Shown here: in pieces, positions 1 through 9,421 of the stretch | Position numbering within the stretch: the stretch's first letter is position 1 | Layout of the letters: every line of letters starts with the position of its first letter | Source: a virus | Virus record (IMG/VR): IMGVR_UViG_3300037493_005286 | Span: 1-64,000 of that record | Direction: 5' to 3' (one strand) | Length of the DNA: 64,000 nucleotides | The notes under the pieces: model-generated | Database searches by the model: none | Told to the model about the DNA's origin: nothing | The model's input: the letters and a program-made list of their open reading frames with translations, nothing else | Translations under genes and position numbers: made by a program

Positions 1-1002
1 AAATCCTGATACTACACCACTATATTTTGAGCTAATTGTGACAAAATTAGTTAGTATATTCGGATTACTAGAACTTAATAATACGTTAGTTGTGTAGTTA
101 AAGTTGTCACCTAATAAAATAAAATTATTACTACCTGTTAACTGCTTATTATATGTTACACTAAGATTGGACGGTATATCAATAATATTACCAGTTAGTG
201 GTGGTATATTATTCGAGGTTTGTAACTTATAATTATAGTATATGTTATCAATTTTAGGTATTGCTGATATTGCTACTGTCTCGGTAGAGCTTGCTATTTC
301 CGTTTTAAAATTCCTATATAATTCCGCGGATGATAGAGAGTCTATACTTGATATTAATGACGGAGCAGAGAAGTTTTGCTCAATAAAGTAAATTGGTGGT
401 CCTGCGTCCACGTTTCCATTTTTAAATATCCAGCCCTTTATAGTGAAGGTTGTATCTGCAATAATTCTAAATTTATCCGTGTAAGTAGTATCAGTAGGAG
501 TTGTCATACTAATATTACCATCCCATAATACCTCTGTCCGAATTTCAAATGCATCTTCCGTATACTCAGATGGCTCTTTCCATGCAATTATAATATACGG
601 ATTTGTATAAGCGACAAAATTGGATAATATCTGATCCATATCCTCCATGTATCTTGCAAGTATTGACATACTAACAGATATATTAATCGGTACAGGAGTT
701 AGTATTGCTCTGTTTGAATTTTCACTTACATAATTATAAATACTATCGTTTTTATTAAAAACACGTGATGGGTCTCTAGTTATAGAATTGACATTAATAG
801 CGACAACGGGCAAGGTAATGTTTTGCGCTTTGTTAACAATATCATACATTACACGTTGTTTAGGGGCGACAACATACCTTACATTAATAGATTCTCTCTC
901 TACACGGTCTTTATTATATCGCTTAATAACAACGTCGTCAAAGGCAGCTACAAACTGCGTTAGTAGATCTTTAATTTCGAAGTTGTATGTGTATTTCTTC
1001 AC
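1..1002 (-). CDS. gp15: Tail sheath terminator gp15-like with C-terminal extension (partial, runs off the window start)
   Basis: Not in the ORF track. Manual translation from GTG at 1002 gives (M)KKYTYNFEIKDLLTQFVAAFDDVVIKRYNKDR...VRYVVAPKQRVMYDIVNKAQNITLPVVAINVNSITRDPSR...PVPINISVSMSILARYMEDMDQILSNF, matching the gp15 pattern. Frame is open to position 1; TAAATA lies 6 nt upstream. Confidence 0.8.
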   Translation of the reverse strand, partial: MKKYTYNFEIKDLLTQFVAAFDDVVIKRYNKDRVERESINVRYVVAPKQRVMYDIVNKAQNITLPVVAINVNSITRDPSRVFNKNDSIYNYVSENSNRAILTPVPINISVSMSILARYMEDMDQILSNFVAYTNPYIIIAWKEPSEYTEDAFEIRTEVLWDGNISMTTPTDTTYTDKFRIIADTTFTIKGWIFKNGNVDAGPPIYFIEQNFSAPSLISSIDSLSSAELYRNFKTEIASSTETVAISAIPKIDNIYYNYKLQTSNNIPPLTGNIIDIPSNLSVTYNKQLTGSNNFILLGDNFNYTTNVLLSSSNPNILTNFVTISSKYSGVVSGF

Positions 1003-1015
1003 TATGTTTATTTAT

Positions 1016-2656
1016 TCAAACGAACCGTTCCAAGAAATACTTAGGTAGTTTATTCCGATTTTTAAGTACTTGCTCGATAATTGCACCGTCAAGAATGTAT
1101 GTAATACACTGATCATTTGTAGATCGTACACCACGGCCGCAAGATTGAATAAGACTGCATAGCATTTTATTCATATACCAGCTACTATCAACTTTCATTA
1201 GTCTTTCAATTCGCTTATCTTTCATTGGTAAGTATGGCGCTTTAATAATAATTTGAAATTTAGCTAAATCACCTTTTAAGTCAACGCCAAATGACATTGA
1301 CGGTGATACCAGTACTGTTGGTTCACTTGTATTAAAATGCTGAGTTAATATATCACTATTTTGAATGCCAGGCTCTCTATATAAAAATCGCTGATCGAAG
1401 ATATTTTTTTGTAGATACTGTGTAATAGTATTGGTATGAGTATGAATTAATCCTTTTTCGTTTTTATGAAAATCGCAAATTTCTTGGATTTGTTTTTTAA
1501 TCTTAGGTAAATTTTGCTGTAGGTTATTATAGCTTAATTTTACCTTTGTATTAACAAATATAGGTGCATTCTTTGGATCGAAAGACGAGTCTACCTCAAC
1601 ATATTTGTACTTGTCAATACCTAATGTCTTGCAAAAATTCTTATGATCAATAATCGTAGCTGACATTAAAATAATCTTTTGACCATGCTTAAATAGATAC
1701 TTTGCAAGATTATCAACTTTAAGAGGTACAAAGGAAATACAATTTCTATCTGTCTCAAACAAATACTCGCAATCTTCCCAGGTGTCAAGTAGAGTTGATA
1801 GTTTACTATGCAACCCACGTAGAGTCACCAATTCTTTTTTACGCTCATCAATATAACTCTTAGCTTTTTTAGCTTTATTATTTGTTACGATATCCTTAAG
1901 CTCTTCTAATTGTTCACTTACACCGCATAGTAAATTGTTGACCCATCGACTAGCTTTATCGTAATTCTTACTATCGAATGGTTGAATATTAATATTGCAT
2001 TTTTTGAGAATGTCAAAATTAACCGTACATGTAAATTGCTTTACTAACTGATCTTCTAGTTCCGAAGCTTCGTCACAAATTAAATATTCCTTTTGCTTGA
2101 CATGACTTGGTAAAGCAAAAAACATATTATAGTTTAAGGTTGCGAATGTTGCTAATAGAGCGTCATTACGTGCATTATAATATGGGCATGTATTTTTTTT
2201 CCAGCAGTCTTCTTTAAGACTTTTAAGAAACACACACGGTGCTGTTTCGACGCTAAACCTATCATCAACATTACATTGGTAGTTTGATTTACCCTTTAGT
2301 ACATTAACCTCAGAAAATAGCTCTTTGTATTGATCCTGTAGAGCCTTAGTAATAGTTAAAGCAACGGCACCAAAGGGCTTTTCATCACCGCATTCATCTT
2401 CATTTGCATAGCTGCCTGTATGTGTATGTTTAAATGCAGCGTATGATGTTATTAGATCAGTAAACTTTTCTGATGGAGATCTAGTAACATTACTTAAAGT
2501 TTTTGAAATAAACGATTTACCGGAACCGGTTGGCGCGCAACACACAACAAACTTATAACCTTCACTAAAAGCTTTTTCAATGTTATTAAGCAGCTTTACC
2601 TGCGACGAATTTGGAGTATATTTTTCTGGAAAACTTTGAAGTAAACTTATAGGCAT
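1016..2656 (-). CDS. DinG/XPD-family SF2 helicase with Fe-S cluster
   Basis: APTGSGKS Walker A, DEAS, SAT and QSCGRGVRS motif VI; four Cys in NYQC..APC..EDC..TCPYY. Confidence 0.85.
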   Translation of the reverse strand: MPISLLQSFPEKYTPNSSQVKLLNNIEKAFSEGYKFVVCCAPTGSGKSFISKTLSNVTRSPSEKFTDLITSYAAFKHTHTGSYANEDECGDEKPFGAVALTITKALQDQYKELFSEVNVLKGKSNYQCNVDDRFSVETAPCVFLKSLKEDCWKKNTCPYYNARNDALLATFATLNYNMFFALPSHVKQKEYLICDEASELEDQLVKQFTCTVNFDILKKCNINIQPFDSKNYDKASRWVNNLLCGVSEQLEELKDIVTNNKAKKAKSYIDERKKELVTLRGLHSKLSTLLDTWEDCEYLFETDRNCISFVPLKVDNLAKYLFKHGQKIILMSATIIDHKNFCKTLGIDKYKYVEVDSSFDPKNAPIFVNTKVKLSYNNLQQNLPKIKKQIQEICDFHKNEKGLIHTHTNTITQYLQKNIFDQRFLYREPGIQNSDILTQHFNTSEPTVLVSPSMSFGVDLKGDLAKFQIIIKAPYLPMKDKRIERLMKVDSSWYMNKMLCSLIQSCGRGVRSTNDQCITYILDGAIIEQVLKNRNKLPKYFLERFV

Positions 2657-2661
2657 ATACT

Positions 2662-3024
2662 CTATTGTAGAGTAGTTCCTTTCGAAGGCTCGGACACTAT
2701 TTGAATAATATTATCATAATGCTTACTAGCAGTTTTTCTGTTTAGTAATTTTAATTTTTGATAAATTTCTTTATTGTTTAAGCAAAATGTTGCTAGCTCG
2801 TAGTTTAAGCTAGTGCAGGTAGGTGTAAAATCTATTCTGTATGGGTATGGAAGCTCTAGGACTTTTATTACCTTTTTACTATTTTCTATATACAACTTAA
2901 TATGAAATTGTTTTATAGAGAAGTTTTTAATTTTACCTGTACGTATTGTCTTAGTTGCACTTTTAATAATTACATCTTTCAGTAAAAGTGTTTTAAAAAC
3001 CTCGCTATAGAATTCTAATTTCAT
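2662..3024 (-). CDS. Hypothetical protein
   Basis: 120-aa ORF tightly coupled in the operon. Confidence 0.6.
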   Translation of the reverse strand: MKLEFYSEVFKTLLLKDVIIKSATKTIRTGKIKNFSIKQFHIKLYIENSKKVIKVLELPYPYRIDFTPTCTSLNYELATFCLNNKEIYQKLKLLNRKTASKHYDNIIQIVSEPSKGTTLQ

Positions 3025-3398
3025 GAGTTTAAAAAGTTAAATTTTTGAGCTGCTGTCATTATGTAGATATTTTCATTAAAAAATTTCCAAAATGATTCAT
3101 CGGCAGGTACTTGTTGTATTAAATCGCAACTATCCATACTAACGTTTCTATAGTCTTGCATTAAAATATCCCATACAACTAGTATATTGTCTGCAGCTTC
3201 GTTTATCTTGATTGGACCTAGTGGCGGTCTAAAGTTTAATGTAACTCTACCGTTTGTAGAATTTAATAAATTATAGCTTTTCGTACACCACATTCGTCTA
3301 GTATTAGCTTTACCCGGCACTACAATACGCCTAGTAAATCTAATTTCGCAAACGTTATTTAGTAAGCTACTATTAAGCGATGACCTCTGAACTATCAT
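3021..3398 (-). CDS. WYL_2/Sm-like SH3 beta-barrel protein
   Basis: VCEIRFTRR...TRRMWCTK...LVVWDILMQDYRNVS resembles the phage DUF2693/WYL_2 pattern. Confidence 0.55.
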   Translation of the reverse strand: MIVQRSSLNSSLLNNVCEIRFTRRIVVPGKANTRRMWCTKSYNLLNSTNGRVTLNFRPPLGPIKINEAADNILVVWDILMQDYRNVSMDSCDLIQQVPADESFWKFFNENIYIMTAAQKFNFLNS

Positions 3399-3789
3399 TT
3401 TTAGATTTGCAAATTCCGAATAATCTATTCTCGTTTAAAAAGATACCTTGCTTAACTTTACCGTGACCATCAATACTGATATTTGAAATTGTAATACCTA
3501 GATTGTTAGGGAAGATGACAATATCACCCCTTTTAGTATACTTAGCATGAGGACCAGCAAGTATAACCTTAGCCTTTCTCCATGCTTTACTAACAGCATT
3601 AGTAGGAATATAAATTCCGTTACGCATAATATTGTCACCGTCACCAGTCATATCAATATACTCAACTAAAAGAATATCATCAAAAATAAACGATAGGTTA
3701 AAATCATCAAGTCCGAAATCACCTGATGAATGAGAGCTTAAATCAATAAGAGATTTTTGCGTTGGTAGTTGGTCAATATCTGCAGCCAT
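3373..3789 (-). CDS. GroES/Cpn10-like co-chaperonin (gp31 analogue)
   Basis: IFDDILLVE...RNGIYIP...KAKVILAGP...KRGDIVIF; late motif TAAATA 5 nt upstream. Confidence 0.75.
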   Translation of the reverse strand: MAADIDQLPTQKSLIDLSSHSSGDFGLDDFNLSFIFDDILLVEYIDMTGDGDNIMRNGIYIPTNAVSKAWRKAKVILAGPHAKYTKRGDIVIFPNNLGITISNISIDGHGKVKQGIFLNENRLFGICKSKNDSSEVIA

Positions 3790-3793
3790 ATAG

Positions 3794-4168
3794 CTATTTA
3801 CTCAAGTGATTGAAAAGGTCAATGTATTGTTCTAATTCTCTTTTAGAGATATTTTTATTTGTAGCTACAAGCTGTAGATGTTCGATTTCGTCTTCTTTTT
3901 TAGCTTTTATCTTTTTAATATAGCTAATCTTTTTAAACTTTAATCGAGGTATTAAATTTTGATAAAATTTAAACGTCTTATCCTTTTCGTTAAAAATAGC
4001 TCCAAATTTATTAAATGTCTCATTAACTAATACTGCTTGATCTTTATCGTAAAAGGTAAGCCATCTATTAATCATAAAAGGAGAAAAGCACTGAAGACTC
4101 TCATCGGTAATGTCTTCAGTGCTTTTTAACTTAAAGAATAAAATTCTAATTAAGTCGAATATAGTCAT
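3794..4168 (-). CDS. gp62: Clamp-loader small subunit gp62-like
   Basis: FSPFMINRWL...VNE...FYQNLIPRLKFKKISYIKK...ISKRELEQY pattern. Confidence 0.7.
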   Translation of the reverse strand: MTIFDLIRILFFKLKSTEDITDESLQCFSPFMINRWLTFYDKDQAVLVNETFNKFGAIFNEKDKTFKFYQNLIPRLKFKKISYIKKIKAKKEDEIEHLQLVATNKNISKRELEQYIDLFNHLSK

Positions 4169-4746
4169 ACAATAACTTTGGATGCGGCAATGCTAATATC
4201 TCTAACTTCACTATTAAAGAAATTACAAACAGCATTCATAAACTCTTCCACTTGCTCATCAGAGAGATTAGAAGAAAAGGCAAAACCTGGAGCTTTATTA
4301 CCTGCTTTGATATTAATACCGGTATGTCCAATTGCTGTGGTATTCTTCGAATAAGCAATCGACACACTGACTTTGCCTTGCTCTCTTTCCTTCTTATCAC
4401 TTCCAATAAACGTAGAGTTTACCATCAAGTCGTCGCCATCAATTAGAATCTTTAAGCCAGAAATTCTAGCCAAAATCATTGCAATATTAGCATTAAACCA
4501 GCGTTGAAAAGCAACAGCGCCAAATGCGTCAAGATTTGGAATCTCCCAGCAGAAGTTAATAGCGTCATCACTAAAGATATAATCCTTAGAAAGTGAATCC
4601 TCTAAATCAATTAGATGATCGCTTACATACATTGGTGCTCTAAATGCAACAATGTTACCACTAGCTGAGACTTCTTTCTTAAAGAAGCGATATGCAAATC
4701 GCTCGTGAATAAGATCGCCATTATACATCGGTTCGTCAATTATCAT
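4165..4746 (-). CDS. DUF366-like protein (BPL/LplA-like fold)
   Basis: YNGDLIHERFAY...IVAFRAP...LIDLED...IFSDD...GDDL...KVSVSIA...HTGINI matches my recollection of DUF366. Confidence 0.7.
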   Translation of the reverse strand: MIIDEPMYNGDLIHERFAYRFFKKEVSASGNIVAFRAPMYVSDHLIDLEDSLSKDYIFSDDAINFCWEIPNLDAFGAVAFQRWFNANIAMILARISGLKILIDGDDLMVNSTFIGSDKKEREQGKVSVSIAYSKNTTAIGHTGINIKAGNKAPGFAFSSNLSDEQVEEFMNAVCNFFNSEVRDISIAASKVIV

Positions 4747-4754
4747 ATAACTAA

Positions 4755-5723
4755 TTATAACGTATTTTGTTCTTTAATCCAGTAATAAACAGTTTCAAGT
4801 CCCTTCTTGAGTGGGTAGTTTGGAGCCCATCCGATTGACTGCTGTATAAGTTTATTGCAAGAGTTTCTACCTCTAACACCTAGAGGTGCATCTAATTTGT
4901 AATTACGTATTAAGTTTTTATTCTCGAAACTACAGGCAATATTAACAAGTTCATTTATTGTAACCATTTCTTCAGATCCAATATTAACCGGCTCACTAAA
5001 TTCTGATTCCATTAGCCTTCTTATACCATCTATACATTCATCAATATAAAGAAATGAGCGGGTTTGCTCACCGTCACCCCAAATTTCAATTTCAGATGTA
5101 GCTTCGATAACTTTCCTACAAATAGCTGCAGGTGCTTTTTCTTTACCACCGTGCCATGTTCCAAGCGGGCCAAAAATATTGTGAAATCTAGCAATACGTA
5201 CGTTTAAGTTATAATTACGCTTATATGCTAAAAATAAACGCTCACTAAAAAGTTTCTCCCAGCCGTATTCACTATCCGGGTTAGCAGGGTAAGCAGATTC
5301 TTCCGAGCAGTTAGGATTGCTAGGATCCTTTTGATTATGCTCTGGGTACATACAAGCAGATGAAGAATAAAACAGCTTTTTAACATTATACCTTACTGCC
5401 GCATCTGCAACGTTAAGATTAATAATCGCAGAGTTATGCATTACATTGGCGTCATTTTCACCAGAAAAAATGTAACCTGCGCCACCCATATCTGCAGCCA
5501 ATTGATATACCTCGTCAAAATTATTTGCGGATAGAAAAAACGTTTTATTTATAATGTCAATATCCTTTAAGTCGCCTTTAATAAACTCATCTGCGGTAGA
5601 TGCATTTTGATATTCTGGTATTTTTAAATCTACACCTCTTACCCAATAACCTTCACTTTTAAGACGGTTTACTAAGTGATTGCCTATAAATCCTCCTGCA
5701 CCTAAAACTAATGCTGTTTTCAT
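4755..5723 (-). CDS. GDP-mannose 3,5-epimerase-like SDR
   Basis: GAGGFIG, LAADMGGAG, YSSSACMYP, YGWEK, GGKEKAPAAICRK, GVRGRN. Confidence 0.9.
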   Translation of the reverse strand: MKTALVLGAGGFIGNHLVNRLKSEGYWVRGVDLKIPEYQNASTADEFIKGDLKDIDIINKTFFLSANNFDEVYQLAADMGGAGYIFSGENDANVMHNSAIINLNVADAAVRYNVKKLFYSSSACMYPEHNQKDPSNPNCSEESAYPANPDSEYGWEKLFSERLFLAYKRNYNLNVRIARFHNIFGPLGTWHGGKEKAPAAICRKVIEATSEIEIWGDGEQTRSFLYIDECIDGIRRLMESEFSEPVNIGSEEMVTINELVNIACSFENKNLIRNYKLDAPLGVRGRNSCNKLIQQSIGWAPNYPLKKGLETVYYWIKEQNTL

Positions 5724-5754
5724 TTAATAATAATTATCAATTTTAACCTATATA

Positions 5755-6561
5755 TCAAGTATATGTGACCCAGTTATCTGTTGTACTTCCTCTACTATTT
5801 AAATATTGATGTACATTCTTAACACTATTTCTATAGAGGATGCACCATATACCACAATTACCAGAGTGGGTTATTATGTGACTGCATTTTGAAATAATAT
5901 TAATAATAGCTACTAAATTTATACCGAATAGTACCCTATCTGCTATATTTAAAAAGGTATGTATAACTCTAGATGTATTTTTATGCATCATAGGTAACTC
6001 TTGCAATACTACACTATTATTAATATGCTTACTAAAATATTCATGAAATTCTATTTCATCTGTTTGAACTAAAAATGTAGCATTGTTATATTTACGTTGT
6101 AATTCTATAGCTTTTTGAACAAATATATCATAGGAGGCTATTTTTGTTTCTGTTTGCTTATCATTACCTCTATATAAAACAGCAATGGTATTATCATACT
6201 CTATGTTATATTTTTGTTCAATTTCCTTTATACGTGTTTGTACCTTTACACTAGGTGTAAAATACTTCTTAATAAAAGGATAAACACCGTTAAAATCTAA
6301 ATCACCGTATGGTAAGAACTGATAATCCCAGTGATGCCTTACACTGGTGTTACTTTTAATTGTAGTTATAAGGTCACTTTTAAAGAACTCTTGATCTATA
6401 TCATCACTAGAATTATTTTTATAGCTATAAAATTGAGCTGAGGTATCTATTTTTACCGGCAATCTCTTTTTATCGTTAAAAAAATCTACTATTTGGGTAA
6501 GTCTTACTGAACAGCATGAAAAAAATCCTGCGTTATGATCTATTACAAGTTCTGCTATCAT
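5755..6561 (-). CDS. NodZ/FucT-like (GT23-type) glycosyltransferase
   Basis: AGFFS N-terminus, AVLYRGNDK, VQTDE, SKCSHIITHSGN. Confidence 0.65.
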   Translation of the reverse strand: MIAELVIDHNAGFFSCCSVRLTQIVDFFNDKKRLPVKIDTSAQFYSYKNNSSDDIDQEFFKSDLITTIKSNTSVRHHWDYQFLPYGDLDFNGVYPFIKKYFTPSVKVQTRIKEIEQKYNIEYDNTIAVLYRGNDKQTETKIASYDIFVQKAIELQRKYNNATFLVQTDEIEFHEYFSKHINNSVVLQELPMMHKNTSRVIHTFLNIADRVLFGINLVAIINIISKCSHIITHSGNCGIWCILYRNSVKNVHQYLNSRGSTTDNWVTYT

Positions 6562-7316
6562 ACAGCTTTAAGCAGTATATGCGGCTTATTACATTTATTC
6601 GGTCTGAGCAAATAGTCATAATACCAGCTCTCTGTATCTCCTAATTTAATTTGCTCCCATATATTATGGATGCAGGTAAAGTATAGTGCGATTATACCTT
6701 GATCATTTGTTTTACTAAAGTTATATTTTTCAGCTAATGATAATAGATTATTAACGGTATCTTCTTTAATAATATCCGTATCAAACAACATAATAGTTGT
6801 CTGAGGATAGTCTATGTTCGTATTATATGTTTGATTAAGTTCATTAAATTGCTCTTCACTTTGAACAAATTGTGAATTTAATTTCCATTCGTATTGTGGA
6901 TAAGCATCAGAATGTGCAAGAAATTTGCCTACCTTCGTACTGCTTAATATAGGTGCTAGAGATCTAAAAACTGTAGTACCTGCATCAATATAAAAAATAT
7001 TTTTCCACTGCTTAAAAAAAATATCGAATACATGAAATTTATGATATTGAAATATTTTTTTTCTCCAGTGAGGATCTCTTTCTATACTAACAAATTTATT
7101 CATAAACTTTTCTGAAAAAATTATATCAGGAAAATGTTTAATTGTAATATTTTTTTGTTGTAGTATCGGTATGTTTAGTTTACTTGAATTAAGTAAATCA
7201 TCTCCAATAATAATACATATATCTTCGGTATTATTATATTGTAATATACCTGTTAAGGTATAAATCATCTTTTCAAAAAAAGAACTGTTAGTTAGCAATA
7301 CTATACAATTTTTCAT
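6558..7316 (-). CDS. GT8-like glycosyltransferase
   Basis: YHKFHVFD..FKQW..IFYIDAG, NDQGII. Confidence 0.7.
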   Translation of the reverse strand: MKNCIVLLTNSSFFEKMIYTLTGILQYNNTEDICIIIGDDLLNSSKLNIPILQQKNITIKHFPDIIFSEKFMNKFVSIERDPHWRKKIFQYHKFHVFDIFFKQWKNIFYIDAGTTVFRSLAPILSSTKVGKFLAHSDAYPQYEWKLNSQFVQSEEQFNELNQTYNTNIDYPQTTIMLFDTDIIKEDTVNNLLSLAEKYNFSKTNDQGIIALYFTCIHNIWEQIKLGDTESWYYDYLLRPNKCNKPHILLKAV

Positions 7317-7846
7317 GAGAGTAAACTACTATGAATATAATAATCGTCTTGAATTCCTTCTTGAACTAGTATGTATCCTTTAGATTTAAATAACTCCTGT
7401 GATGGAATTCTAAGTGATCCTGCGCCATATTGATCTTCTCGGTAATAATCCGTTTCATAAGTAACAATATTAAAAATATAATCACTTTCAAATAACCGTT
7501 GTAACGCTTTAAATGTAAGCGGAGGTGGTTCTAGATCTAAACTTAAATAATCTATGACTTTTGGCATATTATTGGCTGCCAGTAGTTGACTATAATCAAT
7601 TATTGTAGCATCGCCAGCTACAAATACGGATTGCTTTCTATTATCAATCCACCCTTGTTGATGCTTTTCCTCTATATCAACACCTACACCATGCCAATTA
7701 TGCTCCTTTTCTAAAAAATAAGTATTACTAATATATGAAAAGTCATGACACCCGATATCTAGAAACGTACCTTTCTTTCTACGTTTAAAATATTTTTTAA
7801 ATGTATTTAGAACGAACTCATCTTGGCCGATTTGGGAATAGAACAT
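7313..7846 (-). CDS. FkbM-family methyltransferase
   Basis: YSQIGQDEF, TFLDIG, SNTYFLE..W.GV.VD, IDYLSLDLE. Confidence 0.8.
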   Translation of the reverse strand: MFYSQIGQDEFVLNTFKKYFKRRKKGTFLDIGCHDFSYISNTYFLEKEHNWHGVGVDIEEKHQQGWIDNRKQSVFVAGDATIIDYSQLLAANNMPKVIDYLSLDLEPPPLTFKALQRLFESDYIFNIVTYETDYYREDQYGAGSLRIPSQELFKSKGYILVQEGIQDDYYIHSSLLS

Positions 7847-7880
7847 ATAATAGTTTATATTGGTATTTTAATAGTGCAAG

Positions 7881-8648
7881 TTAGTGATTCCATGATTCAT
7901 GCCATAAATGACAACAGAAACTTTCTGGAGCTATATATTGAGCGTGGTCATTATGAGCATCAAAATTTGGCAACGGGCATAAAAATGATACAGGTAGAGC
8001 TATTATATTAGTTTCATTTTTTAAATTAGTAAACACCTTTCTCGTAATGTGATATGGACCTGTTGTATCTATAACTGCCATTCCGTCATTCCACTTTACA
8101 TCCTTGTCGAGTGTTAGCATATCCTTAATAGTGCTGTTGTAAGGGCTGCTACCCATTATGCTATTAAGCAAGCTAGGCCAGTTATCAAAAGCAATACTAC
8201 AAAAAAAATCTAAATCTAAAAGTTCATCAAATGATTTTGTTATAACAACATCTGTATCTAAATAAACACCGCCTATATGATATAGTATCTCTAATCGCAA
8301 CAAGTCGGATTTTTGTCCATAATTAGGAGTACTATTAAAAGCCTCGAGGTTATGAAAAAAAGGTATATCTTTAATATCATTATCTAGCCATAATTTATAC
8401 TCCCAGTTTTTAGGTAATGCTTTTTTAATAGCATCGCAATACACCCTTTGCTTTTCAGGTAATGGTCCACCTAGCCATATTTGATGAATAATTTTAGGTA
8501 TCTTTGCTTCGTTACTGGCTTTATACTTTATGTAATTATATCTATCCTTTAATAGATTCCATTCATCGACATGCACAGGATTATCTATATAGTTACGAGA
8601 CTTACGCATTGAAGTCTCAAAATCTGGCCAGTGATGTCTCTTGTTCAT
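7881..8648 (-). CDS. GT32 (OCH1-like) DXD glycosyltransferase
   Basis: IPKIIHQIWLG, KSDLLRLEILY..GGVYLDTD, TGP, HLWHESW. Confidence 0.9.
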   Translation of the reverse strand: MNKRHHWPDFETSMRKSRNYIDNPVHVDEWNLLKDRYNYIKYKASNEAKIPKIIHQIWLGGPLPEKQRVYCDAIKKALPKNWEYKLWLDNDIKDIPFFHNLEAFNSTPNYGQKSDLLRLEILYHIGGVYLDTDVVITKSFDELLDLDFFCSIAFDNWPSLLNSIMGSSPYNSTIKDMLTLDKDVKWNDGMAVIDTTGPYHITRKVFTNLKNETNIIALPVSFLCPLPNFDAHNDHAQYIAPESFCCHLWHESWNH

Positions 8649-9421
8649 GCTACTATACAGGATTCATTATCACCTAAATATTTTTCATTAAGATTCAAGT
8701 ATGTGAGCTCGGGATTAATATAAAGTGATGTAACAGACACGTTAGATGATGATCTTATTAAATGCTTACATTTTGATAAGTATATAACATCAGTTAAGAC
8801 ATCGAGACCTTTTTTGTAGCCAGAAATATGTTTATAATCATTATGAATAGATTGTGTACCTGTTCCTCTATTACCATTTTGATTTGCAATGACCTTTTTA
8901 CCGTATAGATTTTTAATATACTGATACGCTTCATCGCAGTCTGTAGCTAAATAAATTGCATCATAATTATTAATAACTTCATCAATTTCCTTTTTAAATA
9001 AATGTAGATCGACGGGGGCTAGATTAGGCCCGGTACCTGAAAGAAACTTATCTGTACGTCTAATATGAACACCAAGTACGTTATTATTAGCAAAAAAGTC
9101 GTAATGCGTACTTAGAAGTTTTTCTGTTTTTTCATTTAAAATAAAAAAGTTACTGTATATAAAATACATGGTTTCTCTAAAACTGCCATTTCTCACTAAT
9201 TCCGTGTAATCACTTACTACGTTGTTAGGTTCTGTATACGTGTATGTTTGTTTAAAATAATATTCCCACACGTTAGAACCATGCGATGAATCGTAATATA
9301 ATGTTTCCTCTCCCCACCCTACAAACCACTCTTCGTTATTTTGAATACATTGCGAAATGTGTCTTGCGGTGTCGTTTGCGACTGCAAAGAAACCTTTTTC
9401 TGTACCTTTTATTATTTTCAT
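8645..9421 (-). CDS. NodZ/GT23-like fucosyltransferase
   Basis: GFFA, LGVHIRRTDK, IYLATD, DVIYLSKCKHLIRSSSNVS. Confidence 0.8.
   Translation of the reverse strand: MKIIKGTEKGFFAVANDTARHISQCIQNNEEWFVGWGEETLYYDSSHGSNVWEYYFKQTYTYTEPNNVVSDYTELVRNGSFRETMYFIYSNFFILNEKTEKLLSTHYDFFANNNVLGVHIRRTDKFLSGTGPNLAPVDLHLFKKEIDEVINNYDAIYLATDCDEAYQYIKNLYGKKVIANQNGNRGTGTQSIHNDYKHISGYKKGLDVLTDVIYLSKCKHLIRSSSNVSVTSLYINPELTYLNLNEKYLGDNESCIVA

Noticed and set aside
1016-2656. Type IV CRISPR CasDinG
   Set aside because: No cas genes or array in the window.
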